A DNA stretch of 64,000 bases, taken from assembly GCA_964057225.1 (NCBI GenBank), contig OZ059897.1, positions 15,996,001 through 16,060,000 of the forward strand. Direction: 5' to 3'. Made by a program: the position numbers and the translations under genes. The notes beneath the pieces were generated by a model. It saw nothing but the letters and a program-made list of their open reading frames with translations. It was not told where the DNA came from and searched no databases. Shown one piece after another: positions 1 through 12,977 of this stretch (position 1 is its first letter; each line of letters opens with the position of its first letter). This stretch comes from Auanema rhodensis (lineage: Eukaryota; Animalia; Nematoda).

Positions 1-1950
1 AAATAATTGAATGAAAAAGAAAAAAAAAGAAGAAGAAAGTATATGAATTTGATGTTAACATGTCATAGAATCTGCTCAAATGATGTTTTACTCGTTTACT
101 TTATTTCTTTCTTTTTCAAATATTCCTACAATCTTTTAAATACAACTCCCAGTGGCGCAATTTTAGGAAAAGCTATAACGTGTTGTCTCTTGACGATTGT
201 ATTGTCCCCCTCAAAACGAAAAACGACCAGACAAAAAATGGTTCAGATTCATAGCATTGGTTTACAAGGAACTATTAGATTTTTTTTTTGTTTGATAATC
301 AAAATATGGATAAATTCAACTTCAAATTATAGCTGAAACGTGGCATAATCTCTTGAAATAAGCTTCATATTCATGTTTCTAGATATTTTTCGTTCTTTGA
401 ATGCAATAAATCATTTTTTTCTTATCATAAGCAAAATCTTTCAGTCTTATAAGCAGGAATCAACTGAGTGCCAGACCGATCATTGGCTTGTCAGTATTCT
501 GAAATCTGAAGCCTTTAATCACATACATACGCATATAGAAATGGACTTTTCCCATGCTTTCTCAAACTCTTTCACGAATTTCAAGTATTATCTATCATAT
601 GTTTATGACGATAAATAGCATCTGATAATAATCATTGATAATATATACGAAGAGAAATAGCTTGATTGTTGTCCTACACTAGATGGATGCTGTCAAAAAG
701 AGGAGGCGGAGTAATGTATAGGAATTTAGAATATTCTCATAAAATCCTAGAGATCTACAGCAGTAATAGTTCCATAATTCTGACGATACATGAGAAATAA
801 AGATCTTCATCAACACATGCTTAAAATGATTACATGCATATGATGATGTTGATTGACTAAAAACAGGGATAACTCGCTCAAGCTTATAAACATTATTGAA
901 AACAACAAGTTGCTGACAATGCTCTCTAGATTGTAAAATTAGATATATGTTTTTTTGAATTTAGTAGTGTTATAGTATTCACATAGTTTTGATGATGAAG
1001 ACGAGAAAAAGAGAGAGAGAGAGAGAACTATAAGATATACGACTTGCATGTTGATAGTTATGATGAAACTGCTTTTCTTCACCTATTGCATTATTTCTCG
1101 TCATATGTCAATTCTTCAGATCTTCTGTGCCAGGAAAAGTTTTATAATCTGCTTTTCGGGATTTTTTATACGAAAGCGGAACCATAGTAAAAAACAGATT
1201 TTTACGTGTTCGTAAATTATTCGAAATAATGTTTCACATAAATTAATCTGATATCATAAAATTTCAAAAAACAATAATTAATTAAATTGTAATTAGTAAA
1301 TTAATTGATTTTAATTATATTTTTATTGGAAATATTTATAGGAATAAATACAAATTCAACTTTTATTTGTTATATATACTATATATATTATGCTTACTAT
1401 ATACATATCGTATATGTAGATACAGTCTTGTGCGATAAACCTCGGACTCTCACTAGAATCCCTTATATCTTTTCAGACAAACTAGAAAAATTCCGAAAAA
1501 AATATATTTTAAGTGTTAAGAAACGATAATGAATTTAGAATAAAATTGAAAAAATCAATTAATCATGTTTAAAGTATGTTCTGAAGTTTCCAAAATTTTC
1601 ATAAAGTGCTTGAAGTCTTCTTTCTTGAATTTCACAAGTTTCAAGTATATGTATTTACAATGTATACATACTACAGGTATATAATATAATAATATCTTTA
1701 CTCTACAAATCTCTTTAACAAAATAAAAATTATTTTCAATTTTTCTTTATTTGATCAAAATAAACTTTTAAAATTGATTTTCGGAATATTTAATATTTTC
1801 TAATTATTTACATATATCTATATAGTATTTTAACTGTACAGGTTTTAAATATATGAATATAGTATATATTAATATAAATATCTTATAATATAGATTTAGA
1901 TATATATAAATTAATATTTCTAATCTTTTTTTTTAAATAAATAAACTAAC

Positions 1951-2408
1951 CCGGTGAAAAGAGTTTTGACTCTGTGACTGCAACTTTGATTCTGTTTAGT
2001 TTTAATCTTTCAGCCATTTTATTCCAACGAATTCTATTTATTTATTTGATAATTAAGTTATATTTACTTATAATTTACCTGGCAGCTTCACGTCTTGCCA
2101 AGAAATTTGGTGACCGAAAAACATTCACGATATTTTCCTTAAAAATAATCAAAAATTGTAAACATTTAATTATTATAACTTTATCTAATTTAAAAAATAT
2201 ATTAATTTAAATTTTAAAAAAGTACTTTTATTGATGATTTTTTACGTGGAATGCCATCAGCACTGCAATTGCTTGTTTTTTTTGAATTTGTTGAATGATG
2301 ATGATCCAGTGATGATTTTTTATTTATTTCATTCGAAAATTTTTGTTCAGTTTCAGCCATCCTAATGAAAAATAAAAAGTTTAAAACAATTTTTATTTAA
2401 ACTTACAT
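1951..2408 (-). CDS. Partial unknown gene (5' exons); N-terminus MMAETEQKFSNEINKKSSLDHHHSTNSKKTSNCSADGIPRKKSSIK/ENIVNVFRSPNFLARREAAR/IRWNKMAERLKLNRIKVAVTESKLFSP; 3' end unresolved
   Basis: Four GT-AG-bounded exons stand out from very AT-rich flanks: 2455-2407 (mostly UTR), 2361-2226, 2137-2079 and 2033-1951. They join in one open frame with consistent phases. The next exon is ambiguous: candidate acceptors near 1834 and 1671, or outside the window. No family recognised. Confidence 0.55.
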
Positions 2409-2706
2409 GATTAACTACCAATAAAGGTTGATGGATGTTAGAGAAGATGCAATACCTATAAAGTTAACATAAGAACATAATGTTTGAATGAAAAACAAAA
2501 CAAAACGAAAATCATATATAAAGAAGATTTCAAAAGATTTATACACATATAGATATATAAGATAAAAGTTTCAAAAAGAAAATATATTGAGAAAATAAAA
2601 TTTAATTATTTAACTGAAATTAAAGTTTTTGATGACTTTATTGTGTTTTTATTTGTAAAAATCAAACAAAATAAACAGTTTTGTTTGGTAAAAATTAAAG
2701 TTTATT

Positions 2707-2717
2707 TATATATATAT

Positions 2718-2798
<81 letters not shown>
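2707..2798. repeat. (TA)n microsatellite with two CAA interruptions
   Basis: Direct reading of the sequence. Confidence 0.95.
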
Positions 2799-2804
<6 letters not shown>

Positions 2805-5744
2805 ATAGAGAAATGAATTTAAATTTGTTGTCTATTTAATTCAAAATAATCGAAATTTTTGTAGTTATGAAAATCATTTGGGACTTATAATGTCGTATCT
2901 TGTTCCTCATATGTTTTTTTTTCTGAAAACAATTACAATTTGTAAGCATCACACTTGGAATGCGATAAGCTGTTAGTATTAAAGATCAGAATTAAATGAT
3001 GTTACATGACAAAAAATTTGCTTAAGGAATATAGAAGTGAGTCAAAACGTTTGAAAATCAAATTGCTCTCAATAAGGTTTGGTGCGCCAAAAAAAAAACA
3101 TGTTTTCTATAATGTAAAGCCTTTTTTCTTTTTTTTTGTATGGTGCGTCTTTCTCTGTTTCCTTATTTTAGAGGAAAAATTATAGAAGACAAGTTTCTAA
3201 TTGTTATGTAATAAGGAATTAGATGTATATCTAAAATATTACTATATTTATACAAAGTAGTCTGAAATATCATATACAGATGTACTTTAATAATATTATA
3301 AATTATATTTTAAAATTCAACAAAATTGAAGAAAATATAATTAATGAAAAAAAACTTTTTCTTTTTCTTTTGACCAATCAGAGGTTTTTTGAAGGAAACG
3401 GAGAAAACGTTTAAGCATAAGAGAGCACTTGCTTTGGATTGGGTCCATGACATTATTCAAATGCAACAAGAGTAAAGAGGGAAGAAGTAAAGAGGAAGAG
3501 GTTTCAAGAAGAGCGAGGAAAACGGTTGAGAGGTATAGTAAGAAAAGAAGACATGAAGAGGGAAGTGAAAAAAAGACACAGAAGTGGAGGTAAACGAAAG
3601 CTAAATCAAGGTTTCCGAAGAGATCTTGTTGCTGTGATATGAGCTCAACAACGAATTGGAGACATTTGATGATTTCAGTATTGTCTACCACCTCTTTGGT
3701 CTCGCCTCAAGAGCTATTACATATCTCCTCCCCTACAAGCGTATTTGAGCAACAACCAAATCGTCAGCATTGTCGTTGCCGTCGACGACGTCGCGTAATC
3801 GTTAGTCCTGATGTCATCAGATACTGAAATTTCATTAGGCACTCAGATTTATCTGTTATTTTTGATCGAGAATATGAAAAGGAAATCAAGGAAGCTTACA
3901 TTTTGTTATCAATATCGATATCGCGATAAGTTCGAGAAGTGTAATTATGTTGAATTGAAAAGCGAAGAAGAAATGACGAGACATGTAAAAGAAATAGTTT
4001 TCAATTCATAAATATATATATAAATGCTTAGGATTATAGAAAAACATTGATATTTTAAGAATAAGTTTTAACAGTGAATGATGTATTCTCTTCAAACTTT
4101 ATATTAATATTTCTAATTTTAACTAAAATCTTTTTTTTTGTCACATTAATGTTAATAATTCATTTCTTAATGACTATTAAGAACGAAAAGAAAATGAACT
4201 AATTTAGTAAAATAAAAATAAAAAAGATAGAAAAGAACTAAAGATAGAAGTAAGAAGGAAAAGATCTTAGTTTTCAAAGCTTTGTCTAAGTTTGTTAAAA
4301 GCATTAGCTTTTCACATCTAAATAAATCAAAGAAACTATATATATAAATTACGGAAATTATAAGAAAATCTATCATATGTCGACATTTGATGGGTTTTTT
4401 CTTTATTTAAGCTTTTACAACTTTTTTTTCGAAATAAACATTGTATAATTAAGATTTTAACGTTAGGTTTTCATACTATGGTAAAGATAATTTTGAAAAA
4501 CAACATTGTCCAATCACAATGTATGTATGTATTAAGCTTAAAATCTAATACTCCTGATTTTCTAATACAAGTGTACTTTGGAAAAATTAAATTAAAGCAT
4601 TTGAATTGTGTTAATAGAATATACATATATATATATATATATAGTTAGTTGAACAATTAACTACTAAAGTTATAAAAAAAAAGATAAATGAAAGATTTTT
4701 CAAAATCATTGTAATTGATCCAACAGTTATAGTTAGAAGAAAAAAGATGAAACAGCAAAAATCAACTAAATGATGAGTTGGATATAAAAAGAATTTTCGA
4801 GACAAATCCCAAAAATAACACATTTCTTAAAAAAACTCTTTGGTCATAACAATCTTTGGGTTGTCGAAGTTATTTTTTGGCTAGATGAAGAGGAAGTTAG
4901 GAAGTAAGCCGTGCAAATTGCATGAACATCTTGAACACAATGATCGACATGAATACAGATACATGTTTTCAACAGAAAAAAAATGAAACATCGAACTTCT
5001 ATGATCAACTTAGGAATTCATATTCATACATTTTCTTTATATAAATTTTTTTGTAACCAAAAATAACTGTCAAAAAAGCTTAAACATAAAGTTTAACTGA
5101 TTACTCTTTATAAATTTATTTGTTTATTCAAATTTTTTTTTGTAGTTTTATATCAGAAAAAAAGAAGTAATCTTATATTTTCATATTTACATATAGTATA
5201 TGTATAAAAAGTTGGAGAAGAGTTCTAAAAAATAACTGAGAATAACGAAGCATATCAATGTCATGTCAAACAACATTTGTAGAAAGAAATATAGTAATTA
5301 TTAATCAAAACTTAATTCCTTTTGGGGTTGTATTTCAGATAAAAATAATAACAAAAATGTTGATAAAAATTAAAAATAGGCTCAAATATCGTCATTAGAA
5401 GCAAATATTTCGATCAAGAGTTCAGCAAAGTTTCATTTTTATATAACAGAATGATGAGATGTTTTAATTCTATTAGGCTTAATGTGATGATAAATCATAA
5501 GTTCTCAAATCATTAGCTGCTATTCTAAAGATTAAGGAGTAACTTAAACGTGATATTTAAGGAAATACGAAAATTTGTGATCTAACTGCCTTATCATCAT
5601 CATTACTACTAGCACATAGAAAAGAAAATTATAGAAAAGCTATAAATATAAATGAAAAAGTATATATATATATACACGTAGTTATATAACTTAATTTATA
5701 CTATTTATATATATATATATATATATAAGTATGTATAAAGATGA

Positions 5745-5745
5745 T

Positions 5746-5800
<55 letters not shown>

Positions 5801-5807
5801 GAGAGAG
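5745..5807 (+). repeat. (GA)n microsatellite
   Basis: Direct reading; a (TA)n tract lies just upstream at ~5706-5726. Confidence 0.95.
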
Positions 5808-8360
5808 AACATAGATGAATATATCTGTCTATATCTATCTATATATTTTTATATTTTATACATATTTATATATAGCTTACGAGAAAAAGAGCAAAAAATA
5901 TAAATGGAAACATAAGACGAAAGACGATAACGACAACGAATACAAAGAAACAAAATGCTTTAAACAGGATAAGGTGACGAGCTCTTTTGATAAATTGTTT
6001 AGTAATAATAAATGAGAAACGTAAAGGAAAACCTTAAAAACGAGCAATTAAACAATGAATATTCAAATGAAAATTATGAAATGAACGAAGATATTGCTGT
6101 TGGATATTGTGGACAATGAGACTGAGCATGTTATGCTTCAACAAGCCTAACGAGAAGTTTTGATAAGATAGAACAGACATCACATTTCGAAGTCTAAATA
6201 TGAGTATCTACAATTCAAATGTTATTTCATTCTTTGTTTCTTTATTAAATTTAAAAGAAAATTTTTTTGTTTCTGTTTTTTAATCTTTGAAATATTTTTT
6301 TTCTTGAAAGAAAATAGTTACATGCTTATGTATATAAAATGTATCATGTTGACGAATATTTAAAGACAAAAACCAAGAATTTCTGTTCAAAATGAAAAGA
6401 AGAAAATAAACAAAAAAAACTTTTTAAAACAATCGTTTTATAGTAATAATTAACTTCAATTATTACAAATATATTTGAATATACATATACATGTCCAAAT
6501 ATATTACATGTATATTATTATTATTATTACTATACATATGTATATATCTTATATTATTATTATTATATTTTCTTTCAAAAAAAATATTAAATTTTAATTA
6601 AATTAATTAAAATTCAAAAGAATATATAGATATGTATATATGTGTATATATTCTTTTGATGTATGTATGTAATATATGTATATGTATAATATGTTGTTGA
6701 AAACATTTTATTCAAAAAAGAGCTAATCCTGAGTGAGAGGAATGACCATCGTTGAAGACTTTTGTTTATAAATCTTTTAAAAAAAGGCGAAAGAGTAAGT
6801 GTCTAAAAAAATTGGAAATGGAAAACTATACAGGGACACAATAAGTAATCTTTTGATGAACATTCTTGAGAAATGCTAGAAAAAACAATTCAAGACTTTT
6901 TTGTTCGGAACTAAACGATGAAATAAGAGGGTTGAAACCGGAAAGTTAAATTGGAGCTGTATGATCATGACTCTAACAACATTTATTTTGTTTCTATCCG
7001 GAGTATCTAGTTTCAAAAAAAAAAATTAAAAACATGAACTTGAAGGAGGAATTATTCAAATTTATGAAAAACTGGATACTTGCTTGACATATGTATATAT
7101 TGCATATTTATAAAAGTAGAAAAAGGTAAGAAAACAAATAATAAATATAGGAAAATTATAATATATGATTATATGAAATAGTAAAAAATTTTAAAATTAT
7201 CAAGAATATTCAACAAATAAATTTTGTAAACAGATTTAATGATTGATTTTATTGAGTTAAAATTTAAAAAAATGATCTGATAGTGAAGAACATGGACCGG
7301 TTGTATATTTCCAAATTAAAATAAACTTGAAAAACAAAGACATAAATACAATGCATATAGGTAGATGAAATCAACTAGGCTATCCAAGAAAAAGTTGTAA
7401 GAGGGATAGATATTGAAGAAATGATAGGTTGCGGATAAGAACCAAACGGGTGGGCAGCAGTTGGCTAGGATGGAGCAGACTTGGTTCATCGATGTATCAT
7501 GTAGGATAGTGAGAGCAAGATCATAGAGATCGAAATAAATAGAAAGAAAGGTAGACAGAGGGTAGAGATATTGAGAGAGAGGAAAAAAAGAATCGGAGGG
7601 GAGGAAGAAATAAAAAATATGAAGAGAGTAAGGAAGGGAAAAAAGAATGAGAATGAAGAATTATGATGACATGAAGTAAGAAAGTTTGAATGAAGGGAAA
7701 AAGCGGTAGAGTTCGGGTTCGTAACTGTGAAGATATAAAATAAAAAGAAAGATCGAGAAAGATAGAGAGATAGATAGAGAGAGAGTATTAGAGATAGAGA
7801 GTGAGAGAAAGAGAGAGAGAGTCAAAGTTACACGAAAAGAAATGAATGAGATGAATGAGAAAAAGTGAAGTAAATGATAAAAGTTGGGACAACATGCTTT
7901 AGGATCATCATAGCTCTGACGTTTATGAAGTTTTTCAGAAATTCTCAGAAAAAATAGCACACATTCTTCACGTGTAATGAGTTATAACCATATGGAATAG
8001 AGAGATGGGAAAATAGAAAGAGAGATAATCTGGTTGTGATTGCAATAGAAAGGTATTAGAAAGAAAGTAAAACCAAGAAACAAGATATACAACTTTGAAA
8101 TAAAAATTGTATTAGACTGGACAACATGAGGAAGATTTTGATCAGGAACTAATTCTAGTTTCTAAGAACATTAATTTGAAACAAAGTGAGGTGAAGACAC
8201 AATATTCCCATGCAAACATGAGGCATAACATTAGCCATTGAATCTAAGGTTTCAGAATCCGCTGCATTCAAAGAAACTCTCAGATTAGGTATATTGTTTG
8301 TTGAAAATTGAAAAAATGGACTAATAAAGAGAATGAAGAAAAGGTGATAGATCAAATGGA

Positions 8361-8416
<56 letters not shown>
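8361..8416 (+). repeat. (GA)n microsatellite
   Basis: Direct reading. Confidence 0.95.
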
Positions 8417-8420
<4 letters not shown>

Positions 8421-11400
8421 GGATATAAACGGAGGGAAATATATCCAGATAGAGTACTTAGCATTAGAGAGTATTTAAATGGAATAAATAAGGAAGAGTT
8501 TTAGAAAGATGATAATAGATTGTCTAAGCCGACAATGGATTTCGATTATGATTACACGCATATTATTCGTTTATTACATTATTGGAACATGTGGCTATGA
8601 TGAAGGCAAAATATACAAAAAATTTAAACAAAACTTATCTTATGTATATGTATGTGCTGATTTCAATTCACTAAACTTTAATTTGAAGAGGTAAAGAAAA
8701 TGGTTTTTCAACAATTTGAAGACGAAGAAAAGGACAATAATTGTACCAAAAATAAGATTTGTTTAAGATGAAATAAGTGCAGAATCTCAAGTATAATTTT
8801 AAGAAAAATCCCTATATCTCTTTGCAGTTGAATGAATTTGTAAACGGAAAAATATTTTATTTTTCTAAACTTACGTATGTATAACTATACTACTTCTATA
8901 CTATATGTATATAGTATGTATTGGATATGATATTGAAATAACTAAAATAAAACAATTAATTAACTGTATGACAAGAAAATAATAATATCTGGTAAACGAA
9001 AAACTAAAATTATGAAACTAGAGAAAGAAAGAGAGAAAAAAAGAACGAGAAAGAAACAAATAGACAGATGAATATGGAGAGAAGAAAGAAATCTGTTCCT
9101 CAAATCTCAAATGCACATGAGAAATCTTATGATCGAAAACTAAAAGATAGTGTTTGGTGAGAATAGCAACCGGAAACAGAAGATAGTCAGCAACCAAGTT
9201 CTAGTAGCATTATCGGAACTCGGAAAAAAAGGGGAAGGAAACTCATCCATTTATTTCTCTTTCCAACTCTTTTGTTCAATTTTGCTTTTCTTTAGAGATA
9301 GAAAAACTGTTTACATCCAATTTTTATTTTTCAAAAATTAGAAAAAGCTGAAACTAGTTGATTTGCCCTTTAGAGGGCATTTGAATAAAATAATTATAAA
9401 ATATATTTGAAGTTTTAATATAATTTATGATAAAAGACTACCTGAAACCTTTTTTTTTTTGTTTTTCCTTCTCTTTTTTTCATTTTCTCTATTTTTCTTA
9501 CCTGCATATACTATTTTTTACCCTATTTATCATTCTTTCAAAGTTCAATGACAAAAATGTAACTAAGAGTTAAAAAACATTGAATACTATATACCTATAT
9601 ATCGGATAAAATTATAATTTTATAAAAAATATACTTACTCATAACATTTGCAGTTCTGAAAGTAATATATTTGAAAATACTTTAACTATTTCTACATATT
9701 ACTTCCTTATTTAATATAAATTTATTATTATTTTTCTAAATATTTTGATCATCTATCTCTTTTCCATTCATTCTTTCTCTCTCTTTCTTTCTATTTTTCA
9801 TATTATTTCATTACTGTGAGAGTTTATATATACATATGTATATAGTATATATATTAAATAAATTGTTGCAAGATCATATAATTAATTTATAAATATACAT
9901 TTTTTAAAAACTTTAAAGTCAATTTAACAAAGCTGAGAAATGTAGAACATCGGAAAGAAAACGGAAGAAAAAAGGAAACTACATCCAAAAACAAAGCTAA
10001 ATACGGCGGTGATGATGATTGAGAGATCAAATTAATGTCTCTCAGCTAAAATCAAGAATCGAGTAATATGAAGCGGATTACGGAGAATGAAAGTCATGCA
10101 GAATCCTCTTACAACAATCTATTGTGAAAGAATAAATACTAAGAGAATATTAAAGATTAGCAAAAAGTTTTAATTTTGAAGATTATGCTTATATGTAGTA
10201 ACAATATATGTTTTCAATCACATGCCCACACATGTACATGATTTCATATACATCTTTCTCATTTATATTGTTAAAGATTTACTTGTATAACTATACATAT
10301 ACATATACTATACATATAAAATATGTATATGTTTTCCTGGACATCTTTATTCCATTCCAATTTTAAAAATATTAAAAATAGTTTGATGATCTCAATCAAG
10401 AGTAAAAATAAATAAAAATTGTGAGAAAAGGATAATATTCGACAGGCTTGGTGGTCTTGTTGCAACAGAAGGTGATATAACTTCAAGACCTTTCGAATGT
10501 GTGGGAAAGAGATAGATATCTGAGGGTACGAAGGTGAGGAAGTGTGAGCATAAGAGAGTGGAAATCAACCGGTTTTCGCGATTTATCTGTCAAAAATGAT
10601 TAATTGTTGCTCATATTCCTGAAATCACGTGTCATTTTTTCACGTAAAATAACAGTACTAAAATTCAGATAGATGGATGAAGTTAACTTAATTAGCATAA
10701 TAATATACAATTCCGGAAATTGACAACATTTCAATCAATGTTGGAAACAAATTTTTAAAAATGCATTTATTCTTTCTCAATCTCTCTCTTTATTTTGTTC
10801 TTAATAATTCGCACCTGCCTGTTCAATGATTCACTTTTCATATAGGGTAGTAACTTATTGTTTTGATTTATGTAAAATTTTGGTTGATATTTATATGTTA
10901 TAAAAATAATAATAATAAGTACTTTTATCATAATATTAGTTATAATAATATATAAATAATGGAAAAAAATATCAAATAACTATTAATTTTAATAAGAAAT
11001 ATCAATAGTTTTCATCGAATGTACATGTATCTTAATCTATCTCTATTTCAATGCTAAGAGTTATACTGATGAGTTAGCAAAGAGATAGACGATAGTCAAT
11101 GAATTGTAGCTATGACTGATTGAATTTGACAAGATGAAGCTGAAGAAATCAAAAATAAAATAAAAATAGAATTAGTATACGTTAACATTAAAACGAAAAA
11201 CTAAAAATAGATTCAAATTAATTTTTATTTATTTATACTAAATATAAGTTATATTTTGATTTTTTTTTAATGAAATGATATTAGAATGAATTGAGAGTTT
11301 CGGAAAAAGATCATTTTCTTTTTTTTGTTTCAAAGATATCCGGATTTCCTTATAGAATAAGTCCACATAAGCATCAGCAAATATATCTTTTTTGGGAGAA

Positions 11401-12478
11401 ATGACCGGAATATCGGGCTAATATAGATAAACGAAAAACAGGCATTCCGTTAAAGGGATTCATCCAAGCGCACTAATAATCGTTTTTTCTTGAGGAAAAG
11501 ATATTTTTAAGTTTCTAAAGAGTTGTTTGAACAACAAGTGAAAAAGCTAGAATTAAAAATAGAACAATACATCGAGTTGTCATTGGAAATATTGGAAATG
11601 AGGAAGATGACATAAAGTAGGAGGAGAGGGAGAGACAGCTCTCACAGTTAGATCTCAAAGTTCAGTATGTAACGAATTTTTAAGCATATTACTTATGACA
11701 AATAGTATATGACAAGACTTAATATGTAAAAAGAAATAGAAAGAATATGGATAATACTGAAATCTCAAATGTCAACAATGTCAAAGCTTAAGAACTAAAG
11801 ATTTTAAAAAAACTTCTGAACACGATGGAGGAAAAAGCAAGGAAGAGACAAGCAGTATGAGACGGGGAATGTGTAAGTCTCATAAATAGAACTGTTTTTG
11901 CTTTCTTTTTTTCTTTTTCATATTCTTTATCTCTCTATATGTTGCTCTTATTGTTGTATTTTTTCATTCTCGCATACACCTTTTTTGGGTTTTCTAACCT
12001 CCCTCATATATTATACTTTTTCTTTTGTTTTTTTTTGTTTCTGTCACACATGATTTGAGAAAAAAATAATATAAATAAAAGCAATAAACGAAAATAAAAA
12101 AAAAATACAAAAGCTTTTCGTTATGAACTGTTCAGAAGCAAAAAAATAATAATTAAGTAAAATAATGAAATATACTATATTTACATCCATAATTATATGA
12201 ATCCTTCATATTCAAATTTGTCTTCATTCATTCTTCTTTATCAAATTATTTTCTACTGTTTTGATAGTTAATGAATTATAATAAAAAAGAAATAAATATT
12301 ATTATTTATAAATATAATTCTGTTTTATATCTTACTGACCAAAGAGCATTAAAGTTTCAGTTTATTTTTTGTTCAAAATTACTTAATGTAGCATAATATG
12401 AAAAATAATTTCCAGTTTTCAATAACGGTACCAAACAAAAAATAAATTAAATATACCAAAAGTAAAAAATTTGTATGG

Positions 12479-12509
<31 letters not shown>

Positions 12510-12517
12510 TTTTTTTT
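12479..12517 (+). repeat. (TTTTG)n / poly-T tract
   Basis: Direct reading. Confidence 0.85.
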
Positions 12518-12920
12518 GAAGAAAACTTTTTTTGTGGCTATCTCTAGTCCTTTATAGAAAAAACTTTTCATTCATGTTTAATTCTTTTTCCTCTTGTTTG
12601 GCTTTAACAAAGTATCCAAACTATATGATGAGATTGTTTTTTTTCTTTTAAATAAGAAAATAAAGAATTAAACTATTTCATATCCATAGTTGAATGTATA
12701 ACTAATAGAAAATGAGTTACTTGAATGATATATCATTGACTTCTTCATAAATACTATACATAAGCTAAGTATACAAATCTAAATGTAGGAGAAAAAGACA
12801 ATTTTACTCCAAATAATATGAGAATTTTGACAAAAAGCTATCAATTTTCTGCAGAGTAGGAGTGGATAGGAAAAGACTAAAGGGAGGACAACGAAAAAAA
12901 TCCGAAAAGGGGAGAGAAGA

Positions 12921-12977
12921 TAAGAGAGAGAACGAGAGAGAAAGTGAGAGAGGGAGAGAGAGAGGGAGAGAGAGAGA
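12921..12977 (+). repeat. Imperfect (GA)n tract
   Basis: Direct reading. Confidence 0.85.

Noticed and set aside
3618-3660. TATCACAG (miR-2 seed) on the minus strand with partial fold-back
   Set aside because: No complete star arm.
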